Positions 19,688 to 28,760 are shown, counted from the stretch's first letter. The stretch is DNA of 64,000 nucleotides from an uncultured Alphaproteobacteria bacterium (GCA_944390895.1 CALXRQ010000002.1:12016-76015); one strand, 5' to 3'. Numbers and translations: made by a program. Notes: generated by a model not told the origin, from the sequence alone.

Positions 19688-21076
19688 CTATTCTCCTGAT
19701 TTGATTTTTTCAATCAGTTCTTTTACTGAAGGAATGCCGTTACGATACAACGGATCCGTTGCAAAACGGTAAACCTGATGTCCGGCAAACAGAAGATTGT
19801 CTTTAATGCTGCCGTTGTGGCTGACCTCATAAAGCGTCTTGTGAATGCAGTAGGAACGCGGATCCGGAATTTTTCCGGTCGTGCCGTGTGCCTGTGACCA
19901 TGTTGAAAACTGGCACTGTGACAGGCAACCTACGCAGTTGGCGCGATCTTCTTTCATCTGTTTCCAGTCTTCCGGCGTCATAAAGACCACGGTGTTGTCC
20001 GGGGTTTCCTTTATTTCGGTCAGTCCCGCCTGTTTTTGACGGTTGGCTTTTTCAACGTCTTCGGCGCGAATGTAATAGGTCTTGTTTTCGCTGATTTTCA
20101 ACGGGAAGCAAAATTCGGGATTCTGTTCCGCCGAATAAGCGATTTCGCCGTTTTTACGCTCAATCAGTTTTTCAAGGAACGTGTTTTTTATTGCCGAAGA
20201 GAAAAAGCCGGTCGGACTGAATTTTTGTAAAATAACGTCGCCTTTTTTCACTTGCATCATCACCTTTTTCCAGGCTTCGCTGATGGGGCTTTCTTTGGTG
20301 ATCATCGGTCGGGTGCCGAACTGAAACGCGATTTTGCCGATGTCTGGGTTGTCGATGTAGTCTTCCCAGTCTTTCAGCGACCAGATGCCGCCGGCCATGA
20401 TAATCGGCAGATTGCTGAGCCCCAGATTGTTCATAACCTTGCGCAGCTCAACCAGACGCTCATACGGAGACTGCGGTTTGGTTGGATCTTCGGCGTTGGA
20501 AAGGCCGTTATGCCCGCCGGCCAGCCACGGATCTTCATAAACCACGCCGCCCAAAAACTCTTTGAAATTGGCATAGGCTCTTTTCCACAAAACCTGAAAA
20601 GCACGCGCCGAAGAGACGATTGGGTAATAATAAACGCCGAAGCGGGAAGCAATTTCACCCAGTTTATAAGGCAGACCGGCTCCGCAGGTAACGCCGTGAA
20701 TCAGGCCTTTGGCTTTTTCCAGAACACCGGTCAAAATCTGTTCGGAACCGCCGAGTTCCCACAGCATATTCATGTGAATGCGTCCGTTTCCGCCGGAAAC
20801 TTCGTGCGCAATCTGTGCCTGAGCAATACCGCCTTTGATGGATTGTTCAATCATTTCGTCATGGCGCTCTTTGCGGCTTTTCTTAAAATATTTTTCCAAA
20901 ATAACGTTTCCGAAACCGTCATAGTAGTCGGGACTGACGCCGGAAAAAGTACCGACGCAGTTTTCATGTGCCCAGGCGCCGCTGCTTCTGCCGTCAGAAC
21001 CGTTGATGCCTTTGCCGCCTTCTACCAGAGGCAGGACTTCCTTGCCGGAAATCATTATGGGATTTAGTGTCTTCAA
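19688..21076 (-). CDS. nitronate monooxygenase / NPD-family FMN oxidoreductase (long form)
   Basis: It has TIM-barrel FMN motifs (GVTCGAGLP, PIIMAGGIW) and a C-terminal CVGCLSQC cysteine cluster. Confidence 0.6.
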   Translation of the reverse strand: MKTLNPIMISGKEVLPLVEGGKGINGSDGRSSGAWAHENCVGTFSGVSPDYYDGFGNVILEKYFKKSRKERHDEMIEQSIKGGIAQAQIAHEVSGGNGRIHMNMLWELGGSEQILTGVLEKAKGLIHGVTCGAGLPYKLGEIASRFGVYYYPIVSSARAFQVLWKRAYANFKEFLGGVVYEDPWLAGGHNGLSNAEDPTKPQSPYERLVELRKVMNNLGLSNLPIIMAGGIWSLKDWEDYIDNPDIGKIAFQFGTRPMITKESPISEAWKKVMMQVKKGDVILQKFSPTGFFSSAIKNTFLEKLIERKNGEIAYSAEQNPEFCFPLKISENKTYYIRAEDVEKANRQKQAGLTEIKETPDNTVVFMTPEDWKQMKEDRANCVGCLSQCQFSTWSQAHGTTGKIPDPRSYCIHKTLYEVSHNGSIKDNLLFAGHQVYRFATDPLYRNGIPSVKELIEKIKSGE

Positions 21077-21181
21077 AGTTTTATCCTCTAATTTATATTT
21101 TTAACTGTGCTACAATACCATAATAATATTTTTTGTAGAGTCAAAAATCAACTATATGCGAAAAAAAATTATGGCATTTTT

Positions 21182-22663
21182 TTAATCGACGGCTAAATCC
21201 AACAGATTTTTTGGAATATCGTTAATGGAAACAAGTGCTATGATAATACAAATGAGAGCATAAACCTGCAGCATCTGGGTAATGGTCCGATTCTTTAAAA
21301 TCGGCAGCAGTTCGTAATATTTTTTAAACAGACTGTTGATGCCGAGCATAGTCAGCGTAACGACAATTGCCTGCAGACCGATTCCCATTTGCAGAATCTG
21401 ATCGGCCGCCGGCAGCAGCAGCTTATATAAAAAGGCGAAGAACAACATGTAAATAACCAGTGCCGCGCCGGAAATCAGCTGCATTTTGTTGTCAAACGCC
21501 AGTTTTTCTTTTTTGTTTTTCTCCAGGTTTTCCGCTTTCAGAGATTCTACTTCCAGTCCTCGGACCGTCTCCGGCGTCGTTTTTTGTTTGCGCAGATCGC
21601 TCATGTCATGATGAAATTTTTCTTCCACCATGCAGAGGCCGCAGCCTTTGGAGGTAAAATAAACGTGATTGGCGTCTTTTTTGCAGGTTTTCAGATGATG
21701 CATCAGCTTCCACAAGTGCTCCTGCCATTCATAGGCGCTGGGGCGTTCTCCGCCTTTGGTAAAAGCCCGTTCAAACAATTCCAGCGTGGCTTTGTCAAAA
21801 TATTCGTGAATCGAGTAAGGGTGCGGCGCCTGATATGTGTCCGGCCACAGGCCGTAGGCATAGTGATATTGCTCAATCCGGTTCTGAATGGTCAGCATTT
21901 CCGCATCGTTTTTGCGCGGAACGCCCGAAAACGGATGAATACCGTTATTCAGAAGTTTGAAGATGATTACGGCCAGAGCAAACTTGTCCTGTTCCTCGCC
22001 CATTTCGTCGCAGGATTGCTCCATTCCCTCGGGATAAATATATTCCTCGCTGACAAATTCGGCCGGATAACGGTTTTTTTCGCCTTTAATGGAAAAGCCG
22101 TCGCAGTCGACCATCGCCACCATCATATTGTTTTTGTAAACCGAAACGTTGGACGGTTTCATATCGACGATATAATGTCCGCATTTATGCAGTGCCGTTA
22201 CCATTGACGCCAGATTGTAGGCGGCAAATATCCTGTAGGCATAACTTTCCGGCAGCTTCAGTTTTTTGCGGATGGCTTTTTGCATCAGATGGTCGAGCGA
22301 AACCGCTTCACTCATCTTAATCAGCGGCATCAGATAGCCGACGCAGAAGCCGTTTTCGTCCTCCAGCATCGCTTCGGGCCAGGCAATCTGCACATAGTTT
22401 ACGCCGTCTTTGACTGCGGTCGGAAAATGCGGCCGGTTTAAGAGCATTGCCTCCAGCTTCTGTCGGTTGGTGGAGCTTTTGCCGCGATTATGAAAAATCT
22501 TGGCCACCATATTGGGATTGTTGGCGTTAAGATAAATTTTGCCGGCCGCACCGCCTTTGTTAATGAGTTCGCCGAGTTTGATCTTTTCGAAATGCCCGTC
22601 GCCGTAAATGGCGTTATATTCAACGGATTCGTTGCTGTTTTCCATGATTATAGCCTCGCCCAT
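21182..22663 (-). CDS. membrane-anchored Hanks-type Ser/Thr protein kinase
   Basis: It has a Gly-loop GGAAGKIY, the VAKIF lysine, the catalytic loop IVDMKPSN and the DFG-equivalent DCDGF. The C-terminal ~110 aa carry about 3 hydrophobic helices. An alternative start at 22645 (MENSNES) lies just after the PP2C stop. Confidence 0.85.
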   Translation of the reverse strand: MGEAIIMENSNESVEYNAIYGDGHFEKIKLGELINKGGAAGKIYLNANNPNMVAKIFHNRGKSSTNRQKLEAMLLNRPHFPTAVKDGVNYVQIAWPEAMLEDENGFCVGYLMPLIKMSEAVSLDHLMQKAIRKKLKLPESYAYRIFAAYNLASMVTALHKCGHYIVDMKPSNVSVYKNNMMVAMVDCDGFSIKGEKNRYPAEFVSEEYIYPEGMEQSCDEMGEEQDKFALAVIIFKLLNNGIHPFSGVPRKNDAEMLTIQNRIEQYHYAYGLWPDTYQAPHPYSIHEYFDKATLELFERAFTKGGERPSAYEWQEHLWKLMHHLKTCKKDANHVYFTSKGCGLCMVEEKFHHDMSDLRKQKTTPETVRGLEVESLKAENLEKNKKEKLAFDNKMQLISGAALVIYMLFFAFLYKLLLPAADQILQMGIGLQAIVVTLTMLGINSLFKKYYELLPILKNRTITQMLQVYALICIIIALVSINDIPKNLLDLAVD

Positions 22664-23391
22664 AAAAGAGTCTTGTCATCAGAATTCAGCCTTCTGGCTT
22701 CCGCGTTGTTCAGCGTATTGGCCAAGGCTCTTTCAGCCTTGGGCTTGCTGCCGGTTTCTTTCAAAAACTTGTTAATCGGCAGAATAAATCCTTTTTCAAT
22801 GCTTTGGTAATCCTGCGCAAAGGAAAAATTGGTCAGCCCGTCGCTCATCAGAAAAACGGTATCGGCGTTTTCAAAAGCCGTAAAGCGCAGATTTCTTTCC
22901 CAGTCAGGCTGGGTATAAAAATAGGTTTCGCATGAAAAATTGCCGTTTTCGGGAGGAGATGCGGTAAATCTTTCATATTCCCCGTCCCGGAAAGCCAGTG
23001 CCGCGCCGTCGCCGATATGGAAAAACAGGCCCTGATTCTTATTGCAGATGACGCCGACCACGGTTGCCGAAAAGTCCATAATTCCCTTTTCGTCTTTGGT
23101 TTTGTTGAAGCGGTGTCTTTCCAGTTTTTCCCGTGCAATGCCTATGGCTTTCCGAACATATTTTTTAGCGTCGGCAAACGGAGCGTTTTTCAGCAGGTCA
23201 ATCAGCGTTTCGCAAACGATTTTTGCGCCGTTTCTGCCGAATTTTGCCGAACCTGCACCGTCGGAAACCACCGCGACAAAATTTTTTCCGCCGCGGGAAT
23301 AGCGGAAGCAGTCCTGACAAGGCAGGCCCTTGTTTATGTGCAGAGGCCCGCGGATGCTTGAGGCAATTACTTTGACTTTATTTGTCTTCAT
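22648..23391 (-). CDS. PP2C-family Ser/Thr phosphatase
   Basis: It has VVSDGAGSAKFG and FLMSDGL metal-binding Asp motifs. It overlaps both neighbouring genes. Confidence 0.8.
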   Translation of the reverse strand: MKTNKVKVIASSIRGPLHINKGLPCQDCFRYSRGGKNFVAVVSDGAGSAKFGRNGAKIVCETLIDLLKNAPFADAKKYVRKAIGIAREKLERHRFNKTKDEKGIMDFSATVVGVICNKNQGLFFHIGDGAALAFRDGEYERFTASPPENGNFSCETYFYTQPDWERNLRFTAFENADTVFLMSDGLTNFSFAQDYQSIEKGFILPINKFLKETGSKPKAERALANTLNNAEARRLNSDDKTLLWARL

Positions 23392-24070
23392 CCCAGTCGC
23401 CAGTGTCTTCTAATAAATCCGGAACATTCGGCGCCGCTTTGGATATGCAGGAAACACTGCGGCTGAGCCAGAGGAAAAATTCGGTAAATTTCAGTCCGGT
23501 CAGACGTTTGGGCGACATGATTGAAAATTTGGCCAGTTTTTCAAGGTTGGCGCCCTGCGTACCGACGGCATGGACGACCACCTTTTTGTTCTGCTGGGCA
23601 TAGCGGCATTTTTCGGCAATGATTTCCCAATCGTAATCGGTCGGTTCTCCGTCGCTGATAAGAAAAATCCACGGCCGTTTTGACGTAATGCCGCAGCTGT
23701 CATACAGGCATTTTTGTTCTTCAATCTTTTGCAATGCCAGCTCCATGGCTTTGCCGAGCGGAGTCAGGCCGCCGGCTTCCATGGTCGGAGCCGTAAAGTT
23801 CATGGCGTCAATCCAGTCGGAAGAAACCAGAGCTTCGTCTTTGCCGAAAGCTTTGATAATCAGGAGCTGCACTCTCGAACTGGCGTCGATGTCTTCTTTG
23901 AGTTCCTTTTCCAGAGCCTTCAGGCCGGCATTGAGCTGTTTAATCGGTTCGCCGCGCATCGAGCCTGAACAGTCCAAAACCAGCACGCAGGGAGTCCGTT
24001 CGTTGGCGTTATCGGCAAATTCCACATAGGGAATCATTTCATCAATAAAATTGTCGTCGGCAGAAACCAT
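23378..24070 (-). CDS. von Willebrand factor A domain protein (TerY-like)
   Basis: The MIDAS motif is VLDCSGSM, with later T and D ligands (GGLTP, ISDGEPTD). The start was moved to ATG 24070, which is preceded by GAGGAG. The track start at 24172 is an extension. Confidence 0.85.
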   Translation of the reverse strand: MVSADDNFIDEMIPYVEFADNANERTPCVLVLDCSGSMRGEPIKQLNAGLKALEKELKEDIDASSRVQLLIIKAFGKDEALVSSDWIDAMNFTAPTMEAGGLTPLGKAMELALQKIEEQKCLYDSCGITSKRPWIFLISDGEPTDYDWEIIAEKCRYAQQNKKVVVHAVGTQGANLEKLAKFSIMSPKRLTGLKFTEFFLWLSRSVSCISKAAPNVPDLLEDTGDWDEDK

Positions 24071-24089
24071 GTTATGCTCCTCAAATGTC

Positions 24090-24224
24090 TTATCGGCGTG
24101 GGTAGGTATGCGGATAGCCGCTGCCTTCGATCGGAACCGCGCCGGAAACTTTTCCGCAGGCCGTAACGGCAAAAATTGTCGAAATTACAACGGCTGCCAG
24201 CATATATCGCATTATTTTTTTCAT
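24090..24224 (-). CDS. 44-aa lipoprotein (below ORF-track cutoff), first gene of the vWA-PP2C-kinase operon
   Basis: Hand translation gives MKKIMRYMLAAVVISTIFAVTACGKVSGAVPIEGSGYPHTYPRR, with lipobox AVTAC. It ends about 20 nt before the vWA start. Confidence 0.45.
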   Translation of the reverse strand: MKKIMRYMLAAVVISTIFAVTACGKVSGAVPIEGSGYPHTYPRR

Positions 24225-24316
24225 CGTAAGGCCTTTTTTCATTGTTTATTTAGGTATAATACCTATATACTCTTAATCAGAGTTTAATCAAAACCAAAAA
24301 AAGAAGTTATTAATAG

Positions 24317-24847
24317 ATGATAGTCAAAAAATATGCAAAATGGATTCTATTGGTTTTTTTGTTCTGTTTCGATGCGTCTGCGAAAGATGCCGTAAATATC
24401 TTTGACTACCCGCGTCCGATGCCCGACCGCGCCATTTATAATGAGGCCGGACACAAGGTAAAAATAGCTGATTTTAAGGGTGATTTTGTTTTGCTCAATT
24501 TATGGTCCCGTCATTGTACGCCCTGTGTCAAGGAGCTTGAAAGCCTCAACGGATTTGCGCAAAAGACCAAAGGCAACGGCATTCGCCTGCTTCTCCTTTC
24601 TCCGGAAGAAGAATGGACCGATGCCGGCGAACAGCGTCGTTTTCTTGAAAAGTTCAAGGCTCCCGATGTTGAGTTTTATACCGACAAAGACGGAAAGCTG
24701 GCGGAAGATCTCGGTGTTTTCACCTCTCCGCATACGGTTCTCATCAACAAAAGCGGTGAGGAAATCGGCCGGATTCGCGGCAGTGCAGACTGGGATGACG
24801 ATGACGTTATTGAATATATTTACAAATTGAAAGCCCAACACGGATAA
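24317..24847 (+). CDS. periplasmic thioredoxin-fold thiol:disulfide oxidoreductase (TlpA/ResA-like)
   Basis: It has a signal peptide, the WSRHCTPC CxxC motif and the redoxin pattern. Confidence 0.85.
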   Translation: MIVKKYAKWILLVFLFCFDASAKDAVNIFDYPRPMPDRAIYNEAGHKVKIADFKGDFVLLNLWSRHCTPCVKELESLNGFAQKTKGNGIRLLLLSPEEEWTDAGEQRRFLEKFKAPDVEFYTDKDGKLAEDLGVFTSPHTVLINKSGEEIGRIRGSADWDDDDVIEYIYKLKAQHG

Positions 24848-24855
24848 AACTGCCT

Positions 24856-25287
24856 ATGACTGATAAGATTTATATTAAATGGGATGAATTTCATCAACAT
24901 ACCAAAAACCTGTGCCAAAAGATCAAAGCTTCCGGCGAATATGACAAGATTGTCGCCATCAGCCGCGGCGGTCTGCTGCCGGCCGGCATAATTGCCTATG
25001 AGCTGAATATCCGCAATACGCAGTCAATCAATATTGCCAGCTATGACAATAACTATGACCGCCGCGCCGACGAAGATATTGAGATTTCCGGTCATCCCGG
25101 CACCGTAAACGAAAAGACGCTGATTGTCGACGATTTGTCGGACAGCGGCCGTACGTTCCGCATTTTGCGGGCCATTTATCCGCAGGCCAAATATGTAACG
25201 GTTTATGCCAAATCAGCCGGAGCGCCGGTTGTTGATATCTATGAAAAAGAAATGCCGGACGAATGGATCGTTTTCCCCTGGGATTAA
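24856..25287 (+). CDS. gpt: xanthine-guanine phosphoribosyltransferase
   Basis: It has IVAISRGGLLPAGI and the LIVDDLSDSGRT PRPP-binding motif, and a length of about 143 aa. Confidence 0.8.
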   Translation: MTDKIYIKWDEFHQHTKNLCQKIKASGEYDKIVAISRGGLLPAGIIAYELNIRNTQSINIASYDNNYDRRADEDIEISGHPGTVNEKTLIVDDLSDSGRTFRILRAIYPQAKYVTVYAKSAGAPVVDIYEKEMPDEWIVFPWD

Positions 25288-25316
25288 AAAAAGCCGCTTT
25301 TAAGCGGCTTTTTTTA
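25285..25316. terminator. bidirectional hairpin terminator (AAGCCGCTT/AAGCGGCTT)
   Basis: An inverted repeat flanked by A- and T-runs lies between convergent gpt and the ATPase gene. Confidence 0.8.
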
Positions 25317-26279
25317 AGACAAGTCGGGAAACAGGTTCATTCCTTTGCGCATTCTGGTCATCTGCGTTTCAATGGATGTTCCGAGATTGAGATTGCCGCC
25401 TTTGATAATGCCGCGGACTTGGTCGCCCTTGGTCGTATCCGGATTGGCAAACAGATAATTGACCGCCGGCCTCTTGTCATGAACGCCGATCAGCGTCTGG
25501 TGCATTACGCCGAGAATGCCGCGTGAAAACAGGTCATAAGCCAACTCTTCGCTCATGGTGGTGGAAGAGGCGTATTTAACCACCGAGTTGATGGCGTCGG
25601 CAATGTTGTTGGCGTGAATGGTTGATAAAACCAGGTGGCCTGAAGTTGCGGCGCGCAAAACCTCGCTGGCTGTATCCGGCGTGCGGATTTCGCCGACGAA
25701 AATGAAGCGTGGTTTTGAACGCAGGGCAGACTTCAGCGAAGCGCCCCAGTCGCCGTTAACCGGCTGGGTTTGTTTACAAAGTCCCAAGCCGCCTTTCATT
25801 GATTTGTAAATGCCGTCCAAAGGCATTTCGGTCGGGTCTTCAATAGTATAGGCAAAACCGCCTTCCATGGTCAGATATTCTTTGAGCAGCCCGGAGATGG
25901 AAGTCGTTTTTCCGGCGCCGGTCGGTCCTGACCATAAAATCAGACCGCTGGCCGAACTGAGCGAAAGCAAATGCCGGCACAACTCGCGCGGAAAGTTGAG
26001 AGCAGCCAGCGGCGGCACTTTCTCGGGCATTTTTCGGGCGCAGTATTGAACGCCGTAAATAGCCACGGTGCGTTCGACACGGTAAAATATGTTTTCATAC
26101 AACACTGAATAGCTGGGATTTTCTCCGTCCCAGGATTCCTCAATCAAATTATAAAAAATGTCAAAATCTTCGGGTTTGATAATGGCCAGACCGTTCTGGG
26201 TCACGCCGTCGGGAATAAAGCAGGTCTTATCCGGCGTAATGTAGATGTCAGAAAACCGGATACTGTTTAGTTTAACCAT
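25314..26279 (-). CDS. PilT/DotB/VirB11-superfamily secretion ATPase
   Basis: It has Walker A SGPTGAGKTT, the Asp box/Walker B FIFVGEIRTPDT and the His box SGHLVLSTIHANN. The N-terminal FSDIYITPD resembles the PilT N-domain. ATG 26279 is preferred over the TTG at 26321. Confidence 0.85.
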   Translation of the reverse strand: MVKLNSIRFSDIYITPDKTCFIPDGVTQNGLAIIKPEDFDIFYNLIEESWDGENPSYSVLYENIFYRVERTVAIYGVQYCARKMPEKVPPLAALNFPRELCRHLLSLSSASGLILWSGPTGAGKTTSISGLLKEYLTMEGGFAYTIEDPTEMPLDGIYKSMKGGLGLCKQTQPVNGDWGASLKSALRSKPRFIFVGEIRTPDTASEVLRAATSGHLVLSTIHANNIADAINSVVKYASSTTMSEELAYDLFSRGILGVMHQTLIGVHDKRPAVNYLFANPDTTKGDQVRGIIKGGNLNLGTSIETQMTRMRKGMNLFPDLS

Positions 26280-26371
26280 ATAATCACACTTTCTGTAAAT
26301 AAACTGTACAATCTTTTTCAATTGTCATATAGTTCAGTAAATAAATTGTTAAATAAAGGCCGGCAGAGAGT

Positions 26372-27811
26372 ATGAAAGATAATAAAAAGTTCATTTTTAT
26401 ATTGCTTTTGGCACTTTTGATGGGTGTGGAAGGCGTTGTAGCCAATAAATTGTATTTTCCAGATTTGGACATAATGTCCGCCGGATTTTTTATTTTAATC
26501 TTCGGAATGTGTTTCTGGGGCATATTGTTTTTTCTTCCCCGGATTTTGGTCTGGCTGGCTCTGGCTTTTCAGATTGTTCTGACCTCAGGACTGCTGCTGT
26601 ATCACAACTATTTTGTTCCGCCGCTGTCTTTGTCGATTATCTGGTTTCAGCATCGCGAAGGAGCGGAATTTTTAAGCAAGGTTCCGGGAGCGGTTTTAAA
26701 TTATAAAAGTTTGATCGTTTTGCTTGTCGGTCTTGGCAATTTTTGGCTTTATAACCGCTGCTGTCCGATATTGAGAGAATATCGCCGTTTTTTCTGGATT
26801 TTTCTTATTCCGCTGGCTTTGCTGATATATGCGAGCTTTGCCTCGGTATCCATATTGTTTTTTTCTCAGAGTTATTTTAACGATGCCTGCCGCAATTTTG
26901 GCTATCGCTCCTGCTGGCTTTATGAGGCGGTAATAAGCAAACGCAGCGGCGAAATTTTAGATGAGATTGTTGAATTGTCTGAAAGTGAACCGCAAATAGA
27001 ATACAGCTTCCCCGAAAGCCGGCATATTTATGTCATTCAAACCGAGAGCCTGACATATAACGTCATCAATAAAAAAGTTGATGGACGGGAATTGACGCCG
27101 TTTTTAAACGGTCTTGCCGCCAGAGGAACGCTTGCCGAGGTCAATCAAAAGGTTCACGGCGCCTCTGCCAATACGGATTTTTTTGTGAACAGCGGCGGTT
27201 TTACCGAAAAAGAGTTTACCATCATCTATCATATGTTCAAGCCGCAGGAAGTTTGGCCGCGTATGGAATCTCTGTCGCAAAAAGCAAAAGCGAAAGAATA
27301 TCATACGGCGTTCTACCATAATTTTAAATCTGATTTTTTCAACCGCGGTCCTCATATCAAAGCTCAGCAATATGAAGATGTATATTTCTACGAGGATATG
27401 AAAGGCAAGTATCCCGACGATTTTTGGGGAATATCGGACAGGGATCTGTTTGACTTCGTATTGAAACAAAATCGAAAACATTCGGATGATAAGCTTTTTA
27501 ATTTTATCATTACGCTCAGTTCTCATAGCGAATATAAAGTCAAAAATAATCCGCACCCGCTGTTTGCAAAAACGCCGGAGCGGAAATATGACTATTACAA
27601 TGCCGTAAACTTTGTCGATCAGTCATTGCGTTGGCTGGTTGAAAACAGTCCGGACGATTCGCTGTTTGTCATTTACGGAGATCACGGCGTTGAAGAATTC
27701 GGCTACCGGAATATTCCGCTGCTGGTTTATTCCAAGTCGCAAAAAGTGAACTCTTTGCCGCAAAAAATGGAAATGGCGGATATGATAAAAACCATACATA
27801 GTCTGTTTTAG
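26372..27811 (+). CDS. polytopic membrane sulfatase/alkaline-phosphatase-superfamily transferase (LTA-synthase/PptA-like)
   Basis: About 5 N-terminal TM helices are followed by VIQTESLT, GASANTDFF, LSSHSEY and IYGDHG motifs of the sulfatase fold. Confidence 0.7.
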   Translation: MKDNKKFIFILLLALLMGVEGVVANKLYFPDLDIMSAGFFILIFGMCFWGILFFLPRILVWLALAFQIVLTSGLLLYHNYFVPPLSLSIIWFQHREGAEFLSKVPGAVLNYKSLIVLLVGLGNFWLYNRCCPILREYRRFFWIFLIPLALLIYASFASVSILFFSQSYFNDACRNFGYRSCWLYEAVISKRSGEILDEIVELSESEPQIEYSFPESRHIYVIQTESLTYNVINKKVDGRELTPFLNGLAARGTLAEVNQKVHGASANTDFFVNSGGFTEKEFTIIYHMFKPQEVWPRMESLSQKAKAKEYHTAFYHNFKSDFFNRGPHIKAQQYEDVYFYEDMKGKYPDDFWGISDRDLFDFVLKQNRKHSDDKLFNFIITLSSHSEYKVKNNPHPLFAKTPERKYDYYNAVNFVDQSLRWLVENSPDDSLFVIYGDHGVEEFGYRNIPLLVYSKSQKVNSLPQKMEMADMIKTIHSLF

Positions 27812-27829
27812 ACGTCTTTGTTGTCATCC

Positions 27830-28010
27830 AGAACGAAGTGAAGCAACAAATCTTTCTTGTATTCCGGCCTTGTCTTTTTACTTTGTCATGCCGGACCTGA
27901 TCCGGCATCCAGGTCTGATATGGATTCTTTATTCCACCTGGACTCCAGATCAAGTCCGGAGTGACAGAAGTAGAGAATTTGCCCAGAGTGACAGTAATAA
28001 AAAACAAGTA
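27830..28010. repeat. intergenic mosaic of short palindromic units (REP/MITE-like)
   Basis: The units are TGTCATCCAGAACGAAGTGAAGCAACA, the perfect palindrome ATGCCGGAcctgaTCCGGCAT, ACTCCagatcaagtccGGAGTGACA and CAGAGTGACAG. Only one copy is in the window, so repetitiveness is unverified. Confidence 0.35.
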
Positions 28011-28021
28011 CCGGAACGACA

Positions 28022-28053
28022 TAAAAAAAGCACCGATTACGGTGCTTTTTTTA
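28022..28053. terminator. bidirectional hairpin terminator (AGCACCG/CGGTGCT)
   Basis: A stem flanked by A7 and T7 lies downstream of the minus-strand pilin gene. Confidence 0.8.
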
Positions 28054-28055
28054 TC

Positions 28056-28643
28056 TTACAGATAATACCAGGTTATAAGGTTATTATTGTCCGAACTGCA
28101 TTTTTCTCGTGCCGTTGCCAGCGAAATGGGAAGTTCTGAAGGTTGTTTGAGTTGTTCTTTGGACAATGCGTTAGGATTTTCAATCTTGTTAATCGGATCA
28201 GTTGTCGAAGAAACATAAATGCCGATTAATCCGTCGGTTCCCCAGTCGGAAGTAGCCAGACTGACGCAAGAATCCCGTCCCAGACCGGCATAAAGAATAG
28301 CAAACGCACCGTCGGAGTTCCTTTCCAGATTTTCGGTTGCCTCAACATAAACCTTTCCGCCAAAGGCGTTCAGCAGATTTTTTGAATCAACCATCATTTC
28401 AGAGGAGGCCAGTTTATATTCAATTACATGCGCGGTATTAAGATCCGGAAATCCCGGGGAAGTGACGTAAGCCGTGCGGATATTCATCACCATCATCTGC
28501 AGTTGGTCTTGTGCCTTTGTCAGCTTAAATTTAGCCATCGCTTTTGAATAACCGGCAATACCGCCGACGGAAAGCACGCCGACAATGGCCAAAACGCCGA
28601 GAATTTCAACCATTGATCTTCCGGATTGTTCGTTTCTGTTCAT
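28056..28643 (-). CDS. type IV pilin (class III signal peptide), paralogue 1
   Basis: MNRNEQSG|RSMVEILGVLAIVGVLSVGGIAGY has Gly at -1, Glu at +5 and a hydrophobic alpha1-N helix. There is a C-terminal Cys pair. An AGAGGGG RBS is present. Confidence 0.8.
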   Translation of the reverse strand: MNRNEQSGRSMVEILGVLAIVGVLSVGGIAGYSKAMAKFKLTKAQDQLQMMVMNIRTAYVTSPGFPDLNTAHVIEYKLASSEMMVDSKNLLNAFGGKVYVEATENLERNSDGAFAILYAGLGRDSCVSLATSDWGTDGLIGIYVSSTTDPINKIENPNALSKEQLKQPSELPISLATAREKCSSDNNNLITWYYL

Positions 28644-28704
28644 TTTTGACCCCTCTTAATTAAATAATATCATCCTAATTATAACATAGATTTATTTCGG
28701 GTAA

Positions 28705-28738
28705 AATAAAAAGGTGTGTCAAAACACACCTTTTTATA
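28705..28738 (-). terminator. hairpin terminator between the two pilin genes (AGGTGTGT/ACACACCT)
   Basis: A perfect 8-bp stem has T-runs on the minus strand. Confidence 0.7.
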
Positions 28739-28760
28739 GAAAATTCTGCCTCTTATGACT

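Noticed and set aside
23378-24172. Track start at 24172 for the vWA gene
   Set aside because: The 34-aa N-terminal extension has no RBS and overlaps the small lipoprotein ORF in another frame. ATG 24070 has a GAGGAG RBS.
26372-27811. Possible prepilin peptidase, since it is a polytopic membrane protein next to pilins
   Set aside because: The sequence shows sulfatase/alkaline-phosphatase motifs and no paired Asp (GxGD-type) A24 peptidase motifs.
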